DNA of 64,000 nt from an uncultured Gammaproteobacteria bacterium. GTDB taxonomy: Bacteria; Pseudomonadota; Gammaproteobacteria; JABCZS01. The translations under genes and the position numbers were made by a program. The DNA is taken from the NCBI GenBank assembly GCA_963848305.1, contig CAWKDC010000001.1, positions 1,344,001-1,408,000 on the forward strand. Reading direction: 5' to 3'. This document shows, one piece after another, positions 50,434 through 61,394 of this stretch (position 1 is its first letter; each line of letters opens with the position of its first letter). The notes under the pieces were generated by a model. It was not told the DNA's origin and searched no databases. It saw only the letters and a program-made list of their open reading frames with translations.

Positions 50434-52999
50434 ATGCCAACACCCTTCGTCCTGATTGACGGCAGTTCATACCTCTATCGCGCCTATCACGCGCTGCCCG
50501 CCCTCACCAATAAACAAGGCGAGCCGACGGGCGCTATTTACGGGGTCGTCAATATGCTGCGTAAGCTCATGAAGGAAGAGGCGCCCAGCCATATTGCAGT
50601 CATTTTCGACACCAAAGGCAAAACTTTTCGTCACCACTTATTCCCTGACTACAAAGCCCAGCGCCCGCCCATGCCTGATACCCTGGTGCCACAAATCGCG
50701 CCGCTCCACGCCATCATTCGCGCCATGGGGCTGCCTTTGATAGTGATGGAAGGCATTGAAGCGGACGACATCATTGGCGTGTTGACCCGCAAGGGGCGCG
50801 AGGCTGGCTATCCTGTGGTGATTTCAACGGGCGATAAAGACATGGCTCAGCTTGTCACCAAAGACATCATTCTTGAAAACACCATGACGGATCAAAAGAT
50901 GGATCCGCAAGGTGTGTTCGATAAATTCGGCGTGCGTCCTGATCAAATTGTGGATTATTTAGCCTTGATAGGCGATACGTCTGATAATATTCCGGGCGTG
51001 CCCAAAGTCGGCCCCAAAACGGCAGCGAAATGGTTGGCAGAATATGGCACACTCGATAATTTGGTCGCGCATGCGAATGAAATTACCGGCAAGGTGGGTG
51101 AGCATTTGCGAGACAGTTTAGGGATTTTACCGTTATCCAAAGATTTAGTCACATTGCGTTGTGATCTAGACATTCCCATTGAGATAGACGATCTCACTTG
51201 CTCTGCGCCCGATACTCAAACATTGCGCCAATTATTCGAGCGTTTTCAATTTAAATCGTGGTTGAATGAATTGGGCGGGGCTTCCACACCGGTTGAGCAG
51301 TCACATTATCAAACCATCACGACATTAAAAGAATTGGAGCCTTGGATCAAGGACATTCGTCATGTAAAAAAAATGTGTTTGGAAGTGCGCGGAGATGCAG
51401 CATCTCCACGATCCGCTCAATTGATTGGGATCGCATTGGCGCGCAAAGCAGGAGATGCATGTTATATTCCTTTTAATGCAGCGTTATTAACAGCGCTGAA
51501 ACCTGTATTGGAAGATGCCCACATTCATAAAATAGGCCACCATTTAAAATATGCGCAAATCGTGTTGTGGAATCATGATATTCAAATACAAGGATTAACA
51601 TTCGACACGATGTTAGAATCGTACATGTACAGCAGCGTGGGCGGACGTCACACATTGGCTGCGCTGGCTGAAAATTATTGTAATCGGACGTTGGCCACAG
51701 ACAATCCTGCTGAGAATGTTGACACGATTTTGCGCGTGCATGAAGTGTTGTGGCCCCTGTTGCAGGAAAAAGAAAAACCTGCCGCATTGTTTGAACAATT
51801 AGAAATGCCGTTATTAACAGTGCTGGCGCGCATGGAGTATTTGGGCGTGTATGTCGATGAAGCGATGTTACAATTGCAAAGCAAAGCGTTTGAGGAACGG
51901 TTGTCTGCATTGGAGAGTGACATTTTCAAAGCGAGTGGCGAATCTTTCAATGTCGAATCTCCCAAACAATTGCAATGGATTTTATTCGATAAAATGGGTT
52001 ATCCCGTGATTGAAAAAACACCGACTGGCCAGCCATCAACAGCAGAAAGTGTGTTGCAGGCATTGGCTGTCACGTACCCTTTGCCGGCCATGATTTTAGA
52101 ATACCGTAGCATCAGTAAATTGAAATCCACATACACAGATAAATTACCGTTGCAAATTAATCCTGCCACAGGGCGTGTGCATACCTCTTATCATCAAGCC
52201 GTGACAGCAACAGGGCGTTTATCTTCGTCGGATCCAAACTTGCAAAACATTCCCATTCGCACGCAAGCGGGGCGTGATATCCGAAAAGCATTTGTTGCGC
52301 CAGAAGGTAAAAAAATTGTCGCGATCGATTATTCGCAAATTGAATTGCGTATTATGGCGCACTTGTCGGAAGATCCTACTTTAATCAAAGCGTTTCATAA
52401 TAAGGTAGATATTCATACAGCCACGGCTGCAGAAGTCTTTGAAATGCCGATCGAGGGTGTTACTAAGGAAGCAGCGTCGACGTGCAAAAGCAATTAATTT
52501 TGGTTTGATTTATGGCATGAGTGCCTTTGGTTTGGCAAAGCAATTGGGCACTACACGTGAGGAAGCGCAACTGTATGTCGATATTTATTTCAAGCGATAT
52601 CCTGGTGTGAAAGCGTATATGGATCGGACACGTGCGTTTGCATCAGCGCATGGATATGTTGAAACATTATGGGGAAGACGATTGGATTTGCCTGATATCA
52701 ATTCGAATAATTTTACGACGCGAACCGCAGCAGAACGCACTGCGATCAATGCCCCCATGCAGGGTACGGCGGCAGATATTATCAAACGTGCGATGATTTC
52801 GATCGATGAATGGATCCTCATGGAAAAACCTGATGTGTGCATGATCATGCAAGTACACGATGAATTGGTATTTGAAGTGGGCGGAGACATTGAACAATAT
52901 GCGCACAAGCTCGTGCATTTCATGGAAAGTGCTATCACGTTAAATGTCCCAATTGAAGCGCATATGGGTGTTGGGTTAAACTGGGATGAGGCGCATTAA
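50434..52999 (+). CDS. polA: DNA polymerase I; +1 indel at ~52470; degenerate 3'-5' exonuclease
   Basis: [65 protein letters not shown]. Confidence 0.96.
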
Positions 53000-53811
53000 T
53001 GTTTGGTTACCGTCACGCGTATCATGCAGGCAATCATGCAGATGTGTTAAAACACATGGTCGAGGTTGCGTGCTTGCGCGCACTCACGCAAAAAGATAAA
53101 CCACTTTTTTATTTGGATACACATGCCGGTGCGGGGATGTATGATTTGAAGAGTGTTGAGGCGCAAAAAAATGCAGAATTCAAAGACGGCATTGGTCGAG
53201 TATGGAACGCGAATGATCCGCCTGATATTGTGCAACATTATCTGGATTGTATTCGATCTTTTCAGCCGGGAAAGACATTGGAAGTATATCCAGGCTCGCC
53301 TGCGATTGCTGCTGCATTATTGCGCCCCACCGATCGTTTAACGTGCAATGAATGGCATTCCACAGATATTGAATATTTAAAATCGTATTTTGCGCGCGAT
53401 AAACGTACACATTGCGTGCACGGAGACGGGCTTATCAGTTTAAAAGCGTTGCTGCCCCCGAAAGAACGCCGCGCACTCATCGTGATTGATCCGTCGTATG
53501 AAGTAAAAGAAGATTATGTGACGATTCCAGACGCATTGATTGCCGCTTACCGAAAATTTTCAACCGGTGTGTATTTATTGTGGTATCCAGTTGTGTTTCA
53601 AGACAAAGTGCAAGGCATGTTGCGTCGTCTTGAAAAGGCCATTCCTGGTTCTTTAAATGTGACATTATCGCCCTCGGCTCCCGCATCTGACGGCCGTGGT
53701 ATGCAAGGCTCGGGCGTGTTTGTGGTCAATCCTCCCTGGACGCTCGAGCCGGCACTTAAAGAAGCCATGCCGTGGTTGTTAAAAATATTAGCGGACGGGG
53801 GTATTCCATGA
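52999..53811 (+). CDS. rlmJ: 23S rRNA m6A2030 methyltransferase
   Basis: YRHAYHAGNHADVLKH, DTHAGAG, YPGSP, IDPSYE, NPPW. Confidence 0.95.
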   Translation: MFGYRHAYHAGNHADVLKHMVEVACLRALTQKDKPLFYLDTHAGAGMYDLKSVEAQKNAEFKDGIGRVWNANDPPDIVQHYLDCIRSFQPGKTLEVYPGSPAIAAALLRPTDRLTCNEWHSTDIEYLKSYFARDKRTHCVHGDGLISLKALLPPKERRALIVIDPSYEVKEDYVTIPDALIAAYRKFSTGVYLLWYPVVFQDKVQGMLRRLEKAIPGSLNVTLSPSAPASDGRGMQGSGVFVVNPPWTLEPALKEAMPWLLKILADGGIP

Positions 53812-54026
53812 TGCTGTGAGATAAGCTGGAGAACAGTAACATCTTGATTTTTATGGAAGTTATAAAGTTTCAGATGCGGCAAACATTTCTTTATTAGCCA
53901 GAGGTTGTTCAGACATTTCATGGATTGTCTGGATTTACGCCATTTGAGTTTTATAGAAATGAATTGAAGGATTCACCTGACGAGGTTAACCTTGAATGAT
54001 GGGAAAAAGTCATATATACTGCAAGC

Positions 54027-54197
54027 ATGAGACAAAAACCTTTATCTAAATCTAATCCCTATATGCGCGATGCTACTGAGCGTAGCCGTCGCCTCAGGCA
54101 ACAAGTGATTGATTCGAGCGCTGTGGAAGGCATTGATCCTCATCGTCTTGACAAGGTGCTTCCGCAGGTACCAGAAAACATTAAAAATCATCATTGA
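54027..54197 (+). CDS. Small Fic-antitoxin-like protein (56 aa, absent from the ORF track)
   Basis: MRQKPLSKSNPYMRDATERSRRLRQQVIDSSAVEGIDPHRLDKVLPQVPENIKNHH contains the (S/T)xxxE(G/N) Fic-inhibitory motif SSAVEG, next to a Fic gene. Confidence 0.6.
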   Translation: MRQKPLSKSNPYMRDATERSRRLRQQVIDSSAVEGIDPHRLDKVLPQVPENIKNHH

Positions 54198-54633
54198 GCA
54201 TTTTTTCAAATAATTCAATCATTGGTATATAATCTTCCATAACGCCACGTTGAATAGCGTGGAAATAGGCTTCCCGTCCATTTTTTTCAGAAATCAATTT
54301 GTAATTAATAACGTTCCTTAACGTTGGAATAAGATGCGCGGCAGCAAAAAGAAAGCCGTCCTTTGACATATTGACTGTTCTATATGTTCCAGCAAATTCA
54401 TAAATTTCACCAAGCCATTCTTTATGTAGTATGCAAATATCTTGCGCAGTCAATATGTCGTTTGCATGAAAGCGGTTAACACACTGTTCCTGGACACGTT
54501 GAAGCGCAATAGACTCAGCATCTTCAATTTCTGATACTGCTTTGATCCCTAATTTGTTGAACAAAACGGTGTCATTTGATCCTGGTTCAAAGCCTTCTTT
54601 GGTGTGTGTTTTGTATCGCAGACTTTTCTCCAT
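54181..54633 (-). pseudogene. Class I Fic protein with an in-frame deletion removing the HPFxxGNGR motif
   Basis: Fic N-terminus (PGSNDTVLFNKLGI, LHKEWLGEIYEFAGTYRTVNMSKDG) joined directly to the C-terminal helix (AYFHAIQRG..DYIPM); no catalytic motif. Confidence 0.7.
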
Positions 54634-54664
54634 TTAAAATCTCCCTTTTGCGAAGAGTAGCATA

Positions 54665-55279
54665 TTATGCCAGTACTCGCTCAATCCCTAACCAATAATC
54701 CAGCTGCGCCACGAGCTCATCGAGGCCAATTTTATTCAGCGTTGAAAAGAGTTGGGCTGCGCATAAATTCGGATCAATTTCTTTTTCAACCTGGAGCAAT
54801 GCTTTTTTGGAGGCACTGTAGCTGAGCTTGTCGGCTTTCGAGAGTAAAATGCGTACGGGCATTTGAATTTCTTGACACCAATTCAATAAATAGACATCAC
54901 CGGGCTGAAGCGGATGGCGAATGTCCATTAACAAGACCAATCCTTTTAATGATTGACGTGTGTGTAAATATGCATCAATCAACGTTTGCCATTTGGCCTG
55001 CGCCGATTTTGAGGCTTTCGCAAAACCGTAACCGGGCAAATCGACCAAATGACGTGAGGGATCGAGCGTGAAAAAATTGATGAGTTGTGTGCGTCCAGGC
55101 GTGTTCGATACCCGCGCCAATTGTTTTTGGCCGCAGAGCCAATTCAATGCACTGGATTTACCTGCGTTGGAGCGGCCAATGAAGGCGACTTCAGCCCCTT
55201 CGTCTGGGATTAAATCGCTGAGGGCAGCGGCGCTCTTTAAAAAAGAGGCTTGATGATAGGGTGGAATACTCATAGCCAA
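54665..55279 (-). CDS. engB: Ribosome biogenesis GTPase YihA/EngB
   Basis: GRSNAGKSS, SNTPGRTQLINFF, DLPGYG, SKADK. Confidence 0.96.
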   Translation of the reverse strand: MAMSIPPYHQASFLKSAAALSDLIPDEGAEVAFIGRSNAGKSSALNWLCGQKQLARVSNTPGRTQLINFFTLDPSRHLVDLPGYGFAKASKSAQAKWQTLIDAYLHTRQSLKGLVLLMDIRHPLQPGDVYLLNWCQEIQMPVRILLSKADKLSYSASKKALLQVEKEIDPNLCAAQLFSTLNKIGLDELVAQLDYWLGIERVLA

Positions 55280-55354
55280 AATTATCCAAAATAAGGTACA
55301 ATCGGCGAGTTTACAGTAACGAGCTTGCTCATGGCAAGATATTTGGAGGATAAG

Positions 55355-55981
55355 TTGACTTACTTTCGTTCATTTTTCATCACCATCTCTGTCGCATTCG
55401 CCGTGTCTGCGTTTGCAGTCGACATGCCTGTGGGTGATGCAACACGGGGGCAAACCCTCACGCAAACATGTGTTGCCTGTCATGGCGCAGATGGCAAAGC
55501 TGTGATGCCCATTTATCCCAATCTTGCAGGCCAGGGGCAGGCCTATTTATACCAATCATTGAGTGCGTTTAAAGAAGGCACCAGTGGTCCGCGCAATAAC
55601 AGCATCATGGCTGGCATGGTCGCCATGCTGACCGAACAAGACATGGCCGATTTGGCTGCCTACTACAGCGCACAGCCTGCCACTCATGGTGAAGCCGATT
55701 CTGCCTTGGTGGAACGTGGCCGTCGGATTTATGTGGGCGGCATTTTTGAGGACAAGGTACCTGCATGCTCGGGTTGCCATGGGCCGAAAGGGGAAGGGCA
55801 GCCCGCCGCTGGTTTCCCAGCCTTGTCTGGCCAAAATGCTGACTATCTGGTACAACAACTGGAAGCGTTTCGTGAAGGTCAACGCGGGGGCGGTTATAAT
55901 GGCATGATGCATGGTGTTTCCCAAGGTATGACAACTGATGACATGAAGGCCGTTTCGAGTTACATTTCAGGTTTACATTAA
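55355..55981 (+). CDS. Di-heme cytochrome c4
   Basis: Signal peptide; CVACH and CSGCH; YPNLAGQ and FPALSGQ; GGAGG before TTG 55355 (ORF track start 55325). Confidence 0.92.
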   Translation: MTYFRSFFITISVAFAVSAFAVDMPVGDATRGQTLTQTCVACHGADGKAVMPIYPNLAGQGQAYLYQSLSAFKEGTSGPRNNSIMAGMVAMLTEQDMADLAAYYSAQPATHGEADSALVERGRRIYVGGIFEDKVPACSGCHGPKGEGQPAAGFPALSGQNADYLVQQLEAFREGQRGGGYNGMMHGVSQGMTTDDMKAVSSYISGLH

Positions 55982-56003
55982 ATTTTGTTGAATAAGGAGA
56001 TTC

Positions 56004-56783
56004 ATGATGAAACAGATCGTTGTCATTTTCACTGTATGGTTGTTCATGCCACTCGTGTTTGCGCAGCAACAGAATGTGGCGAACATGCAAACGCAAGCGC
56101 TTGTTTACGTCGAGGGTAAACAATATAAACGGATTCAATCCACCCCGGAAGCTTTAGCGATGGAAGATCCTACCGCCAAAGCATTGCTTGACTCTGTTCC
56201 TAAAAATAAAGTGGCTGTGTGGCAATTCTTTAATTATGGATGTGCCGCATGCAATCGCATGGAGCCCGTCGTGGCGAAGTGGCATCAGGACAAGAAAGAA
56301 CAGAACCTGGTCGCGTTCACAGACATTCCTGTGGCCTGGTCAAAGCCTGAGTGGATGGAGTATGCCCGCGCTTTTTATATTGAGCAAGCACTCAGCCAAT
56401 CGAAAAATAAAAATTACAAAGATGTGATGCATGTCGGACATGAAAAAATATTTTCGGCACTTCATGTGGAAGGCAAGGATTTGTCCAAGCGTGAAAACAT
56501 GCAAGCTTTTTTCCATGCTGAATTGGGTGTGTTGCCGAAAGATTTTGATGCCACCTATAATTCATTCGATGTTCGTCGTCGCATGAAGCAAGCAGAGCTG
56601 ATGGCGAAAGCATACAATATTCGATCCTTGCCCACGTTTGTGGTAGCCGGCAAATATTATGTGGATGTGACCATGGCCGGCAGCATGGAACAATTGATCA
56701 ATGTCGTGAATTATTTGGTCAATAAAGAAACGTTCACGGCAGAAGAAGGTAAAATTGATTTTGGAGCCGTACCTTCTAAGTGA
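56004..56783 (+). CDS. dsbA: Thiol:disulfide interchange protein DsbA family
   Basis: Signal peptide, FFNYGCAAC, cis-Pro loop SLPTFVVAGKY; engB-c4-dsbA synteny. Confidence 0.85.
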   Translation: MMKQIVVIFTVWLFMPLVFAQQQNVANMQTQALVYVEGKQYKRIQSTPEALAMEDPTAKALLDSVPKNKVAVWQFFNYGCAACNRMEPVVAKWHQDKKEQNLVAFTDIPVAWSKPEWMEYARAFYIEQALSQSKNKNYKDVMHVGHEKIFSALHVEGKDLSKRENMQAFFHAELGVLPKDFDATYNSFDVRRRMKQAELMAKAYNIRSLPTFVVAGKYYVDVTMAGSMEQLINVVNYLVNKETFTAEEGKIDFGAVPSK

Positions 56784-56944
56784 GGATGGATATTTTTGCG
56801 AATCAGCCGTGAATCTCTCAGTGGCGCCTTTCGGGTTGGGTGATGCCGAACAGAGTTTGGCATCATATGACCCGAAATCAAGGCGCTACCTTTGAACGAT
56901 ATAAATAGGGGGGGGCATGAATACACGATATCTATTCGTCTTCA
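56780..56944 (+). ncRNA. Long rod-like structured element, 6S-RNA-like or cis-regulatory leader
   Basis: 69-nt hairpin 56821-56889, outer pairing GGATGGATAT/ATATCTATTC, 6S-like motifs AGCCG..GTGGCG and CGCTACCTTTGAAC. Confidence 0.35.
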
Positions 56945-58107
56945 CAGCCCTGCTTGCCACGCTTCCCTTTCTCGCGCTCGATGTCACACTGCCTATTTTT
57001 GTGACATTGCAATCTTTTTTCCATGTTTCTCAAGGGGATATTCAACAGACCGCCAGCGCCTATTTGCTGGGCATGGCACTGGGTCAAGTGGTGTGGGGGG
57101 CATTGTCTGATACGATGGGTCGTCGATCCATCCTGATCATCAGCCTCACCTTGTTCACGCTAGCCTCTCTGATGTGCATGTTTGTGCCCACGGTGAAATG
57201 GCTGTGGGCTGTGCGTTTCATTCAGGGGGCGGGAGTAAGTGCGCCAGCAGCACTGTGGCAAACAATATGGGTTGATCGTCTTGAATCCCGCCGACGTGAT
57301 CTTTACTTTGCTTGGATCTTCCCCATCACGGCACTGTCACCCATTATCATGCCCATAGTAGGCGCTGTGTTGTTGGAGGTTTGCGGTTTTCAAACAACGT
57401 ATCTATTCACGGCGGTGGTGGGTTTAGGGTTGTTGATCACCACCATTTATATGTTCAGAGAAACATTGTCTACCGCACGTCGCCACCCGTTATCCCTGAA
57501 AACCTACGCATTGCATGCGATTCAGTTGATGTCATGCCCCGTGTTCATGGGGAACATGGGCTTGATTTGTTTATCAAGTGCTTCATTTTTTGTATTTATA
57601 GCGGAATTCCCGTTTGCATTACATCAATTGAGGTTGTCTGAATCGATGATGGGACCTCTTTTAATCCCTCAAACCATCGTATTCATGGTCGCGGGGGTGT
57701 TGAGTGCTGCGATGTCGCGGCGTTTCGGAAAATCAAGATCACTTTGGTACGTAACCTGGCTCGCGATATTGGGCAGCTTGATATTATGGGCTGTCGTCGC
57801 ATTCACGCCTCTAACCAGCATTTGGCAGATCCTCATTCCATATGCCTTGACGGCTTTTTCCAATGGAGCCATATATCCACTCGCGTTTTCAGCCATTTTT
57901 GAAGCCCATGATGATAAAGCAGGAACAGCGGCGGGGTGGGTTGCCTTTTACATGGGGTTGATGGGGTTTGTGGGCGCCTTTTTGATGGGGGTATTTAACG
58001 AGGCCGGTGTGGTAGGGATGGCGCTCTTGATCCTTGTTTTTTATGGGCTTTGTCTGGGGGCATGGGCGCTAACTGCTTGCTTTATAGAAAGGCACGTTGC
58101 CGAATGA
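56917..58107 (+). CDS. MFS transporter, Bcr/CflA (DHA1) family
   Basis: About 12 TM; YLLGMALGQVVWGALSDTMGRR, RFIQG, ETL, AGTAAG. Confidence 0.9.
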   Translation: MNTRYLFVFTALLATLPFLALDVTLPIFVTLQSFFHVSQGDIQQTASAYLLGMALGQVVWGALSDTMGRRSILIISLTLFTLASLMCMFVPTVKWLWAVRFIQGAGVSAPAALWQTIWVDRLESRRRDLYFAWIFPITALSPIIMPIVGAVLLEVCGFQTTYLFTAVVGLGLLITTIYMFRETLSTARRHPLSLKTYALHAIQLMSCPVFMGNMGLICLSSASFFVFIAEFPFALHQLRLSESMMGPLLIPQTIVFMVAGVLSAAMSRRFGKSRSLWYVTWLAILGSLILWAVVAFTPLTSIWQILIPYALTAFSNGAIYPLAFSAIFEAHDDKAGTAAGWVAFYMGLMGFVGAFLMGVFNEAGVVGMALLILVFYGLCLGAWALTACFIERHVAE

Positions 58108-58183
58108 TGGGGAATAAACCTTGCTATTGCCACGTTAATCTGTATATAATCTACCTATTCTGGCTTACAAAGAGAGTAAACTC

Positions 58184-59353
58184 ATGTTCTATGGCCTTCT
58201 CGATCTTCCTTGGTGGGGTTACCTGCTTTATACGGCGCTTTTCCTTCACGTGACGAACGTCTCCATCACATTATTCCTGCACCGGGCAATGGCGCACCGG
58301 GCCTTGGATCTGCATCCCGCTGTGATGCATGTCTGCCGTTTGGTCTTGTGGCTATCCACTGGCATGGTCACGAAGCAGTGGACGGCGATTCACCGCAAGC
58401 ATCATGCCAAGTGTGAAACCGAGGATGATCCTCACAGCCCGCAAGTCATGGGCTTGGGTACCGTGCTGTGCTACGGTTCTGAACTGTATCGCAAAGAAGC
58501 GCGCAATGCCGAAACCATGGAGCGTTATGGTCAAGGCACGCCGGACGACTGGATTGAGCGCAATGTCTACAGCAAGCACAGCGCCTTGGGTATTAAAATC
58601 ATGTTTTTCATCAACTTGGTGTTGTTGGGTGTGCCCGGCATTGCCGTGTGGTGCGTGCAAATGTTGTGGTCGCCTGTCGCGGCCGCTGGCATTGTGAACG
58701 GTATTGGCCACTTCTGGGGCTATCGTAACTTCGAATGCCCGGATGAAGCGCGTAATATTGTCCCGATAGGGATCATTCTGTGTGGTGAAGAGCTTCACAA
58801 CAATCATCATACCTTTGGTACGTCTGCGAAATTCTCAGTGAAACCTTGGGAATTTGATTTGGGTTGGATGTACATCACGTTGATGTCTAAAGTCGGCTTA
58901 GCCCGTCCTAAACGGGTGCCGCCCGCCTTGGTATATCATGCCGAAAAAACCACGATTGATGTGGACACGGTGAAAGCAATGTTCACCAACCGTTTCGCTG
59001 TGATGGCTGATTATGCCCGCGAAGTGATTGTGCCTGTGTTCGCACAAGCGCGTTCATCCAGCAAAGACACGGTACAATCTTTGTGTTCTCGTACCAAAGC
59101 CCTGTTGATCCGCGAAGAATGTTTGATCGACGCAGAAGGTAAAAAGCTGTTGGATCGTGTGCTTGAAAAGTACCACGAAATCCGCGTGGTCTACGACTTC
59201 AAAAAACGTTTGCACAGTTTGTGGGATCAAACCACTGCGACCCAAAAAGAGTTATTGGACGCTGTCCAAGCATGGGCGCATGAGGCTGAAGCGACTGGCA
59301 TTGCCGCGTTGCGTGAGTTTGCAAAGCGCTTACGAGGCGTTGCCGTATCTTAA
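58184..59353 (+). CDS. desA: Acyl-CoA delta-9 fatty acid desaturase
   Basis: His boxes HRAMAH, HRKHH and GEELHNNHH; WEFDLGW. Confidence 0.92.
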   Translation: MFYGLLDLPWWGYLLYTALFLHVTNVSITLFLHRAMAHRALDLHPAVMHVCRLVLWLSTGMVTKQWTAIHRKHHAKCETEDDPHSPQVMGLGTVLCYGSELYRKEARNAETMERYGQGTPDDWIERNVYSKHSALGIKIMFFINLVLLGVPGIAVWCVQMLWSPVAAAGIVNGIGHFWGYRNFECPDEARNIVPIGIILCGEELHNNHHTFGTSAKFSVKPWEFDLGWMYITLMSKVGLARPKRVPPALVYHAEKTTIDVDTVKAMFTNRFAVMADYAREVIVPVFAQARSSSKDTVQSLCSRTKALLIREECLIDAEGKKLLDRVLEKYHEIRVVYDFKKRLHSLWDQTTATQKELLDAVQAWAHEAEATGIAALREFAKRLRGVAVS

Positions 59354-59388
59354 GCGGTGAAAGCAAGGGTGAAGATTGTCTTTAAAGG

Positions 59389-61385
59389 ATGATGATGTTT
59401 AATCATATTCAACGTGCCAATGCCATTCGCGCATTGAGCATGGATGCTGTTCAACAAGCCGATTCTGGGCATCCAGGGATGCCCATGGGCATGGCTGATA
59501 TTGCTGAAGTCTTGTGGCTTCAGTTTCTCAAACATAATCCTCGAAACCCCGCCTGGCCCGACCGCGACCGTTTTGTGTTGTCGAATGGCCACGGATCTAT
59601 GTTGCAATACAGTTTACTGCACCTGACAGGGTATGATCTCTCGATCGACGATTTGAAAGCTTTTCGGCAATTGCACAGCAGAACCCCTGGTCACCCTGAA
59701 TTTGGCCACACACCCGGGGTGGAAACGACCACAGGGCCGCTCGGCGCAGGCATCTGTAATGCGGTGGGTATGGCCATTGCTGAACGCCAATTGGCGGCGC
59801 GTTTTAATCGTCCCGGTTTCAAAATTGTCGATCACCATACTTATGTGTTCATGGGTGATGGTTGCATGATGGAAGGGTTGTCGCATGAAGCGGCATCGCT
59901 CGCCGGAACACAGGGCTTGAGTAAATTGATCGCCGTGTGGGATGACAATGGCATTTCGATTGATGGTGCCTGTGGCGCCTTGGTTCAGCGAGAACATTCC
60001 GTTACGGTTTGAATCTTACGGATGGCACGTGATCTCTGTTGACGGTCATGATCCTGCCGCACTCGAAAAAGCATTCATGGAAGCAAAATCGCAACAACAT
60101 AAACCTACCTTGATTTGTGCACGCACTGTCATCGGATTTGGTGCTCCCACCGTTGAGGGTACAGCCAAAACGCACGGTTCTGCATTAGGTGAAGCAGAAG
60201 TGGCACGCGCCCGCGAGCAGTTGAATTGGCATCATGTTCCATTCGATATTCCGAAAGAGATGTATGATGCGTGGAGTTGTGTGGACAGCGGTGCAAAAGC
60301 AGAAGCTGCCTGGGCAACAATGTTTGCCGCATATGGAGACGCTTATCCTGCGGATGCACAAGAGTTTCGCCGCGTCATCTCCGGCGAGTTGCCTCAAGGT
60401 TTTGACAAAACATTTGAGTCCTTCATTACCCAATGTCAAACAGAACAAAAAGCAATCGCCACGCGAAAATCCTCTCAACAATGTATTGAATTCATTACGC
60501 CTAAATTACCGGAATGCGTTGGCGGTTCAGCCGATCTATCTGTGAGCAATTTAACGATTGGCCCTGATACGCGTGATATCACGCCAGCCAACCCCGGCGG
60601 CAATTATATTGAATATGGTGTGCGTGAGTTTGGTATGGCATCGATTGCCAATGGGCTTGCGCTGCACGGCGGCATCATTCCTTTTTGCGCAACCTTTTTG
60701 GTATTCTCCGATTATGCGCGCAACGCGATCCGTTTGACCGCATTGATGCGTCAACGAGTGATTTATGTGTTCACTCATGATTCGATCGGCGTGGGAGAAG
60801 ATGGTCCCACGCATCAACCGATAGAACATTTGGCCAGTTTGCGTTTGATTCCTCAATTACAATTATGGCGTCCATGTGACAGCACAGAAACTGCTGTCGC
60901 TTGGCAACAAGGGTTGCATTATCACGGTACCTACCGTGCTTGCCTGCAGCCGACAAAATGTGACGCAACAATCCCGTACAGCAGCACAAGTTGTGGATAT
61001 TCAAAAGGGCGGTTATGTCCTTAAAGATCATATTGCGCCTTTGCAATTGGTGATTATCGCCACCGGCTCAGAAGTACAAATGGCTATTCAAGCTCAAACC
61101 GAATTGGAATCAGAGCAGATCGGTGTGCGTGTCATTTCCATGCCTTGTGTAGAACGGTTCAAAATGCAACCTATTGCTTATCAAAATGCTGTGTTGCCGC
61201 CAGACATTAAACGTGTCGCTGTTGAAGCGGGTGTTAAAGAAACATGGCTTCGCTTTACACCGTATGACGCAATTCTTGGGCTGGAAACATTTGGGTATTC
61301 TGCGCCCGGTGCTGATGTGTATCAAGCGATGGGTTTAACTCAGGCAAACTTATTGAAAATGTGTCATCAGATATTACAACATTGA
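59389..61385 (+). CDS. tkt: Transketolase; +1 indels at ~59968 and ~60929
   Basis: [57 protein letters not shown]. Confidence 0.95.
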
Positions 61386-61394
61386 GGAGTCAGC

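Noticed and set aside
53812-54000. Gene remnant after rlmJ (e.g. PEVVQTFHGLSGFTPFEFYRNELKD)
   Set aside because: Fragmented frames with no identifiable family.
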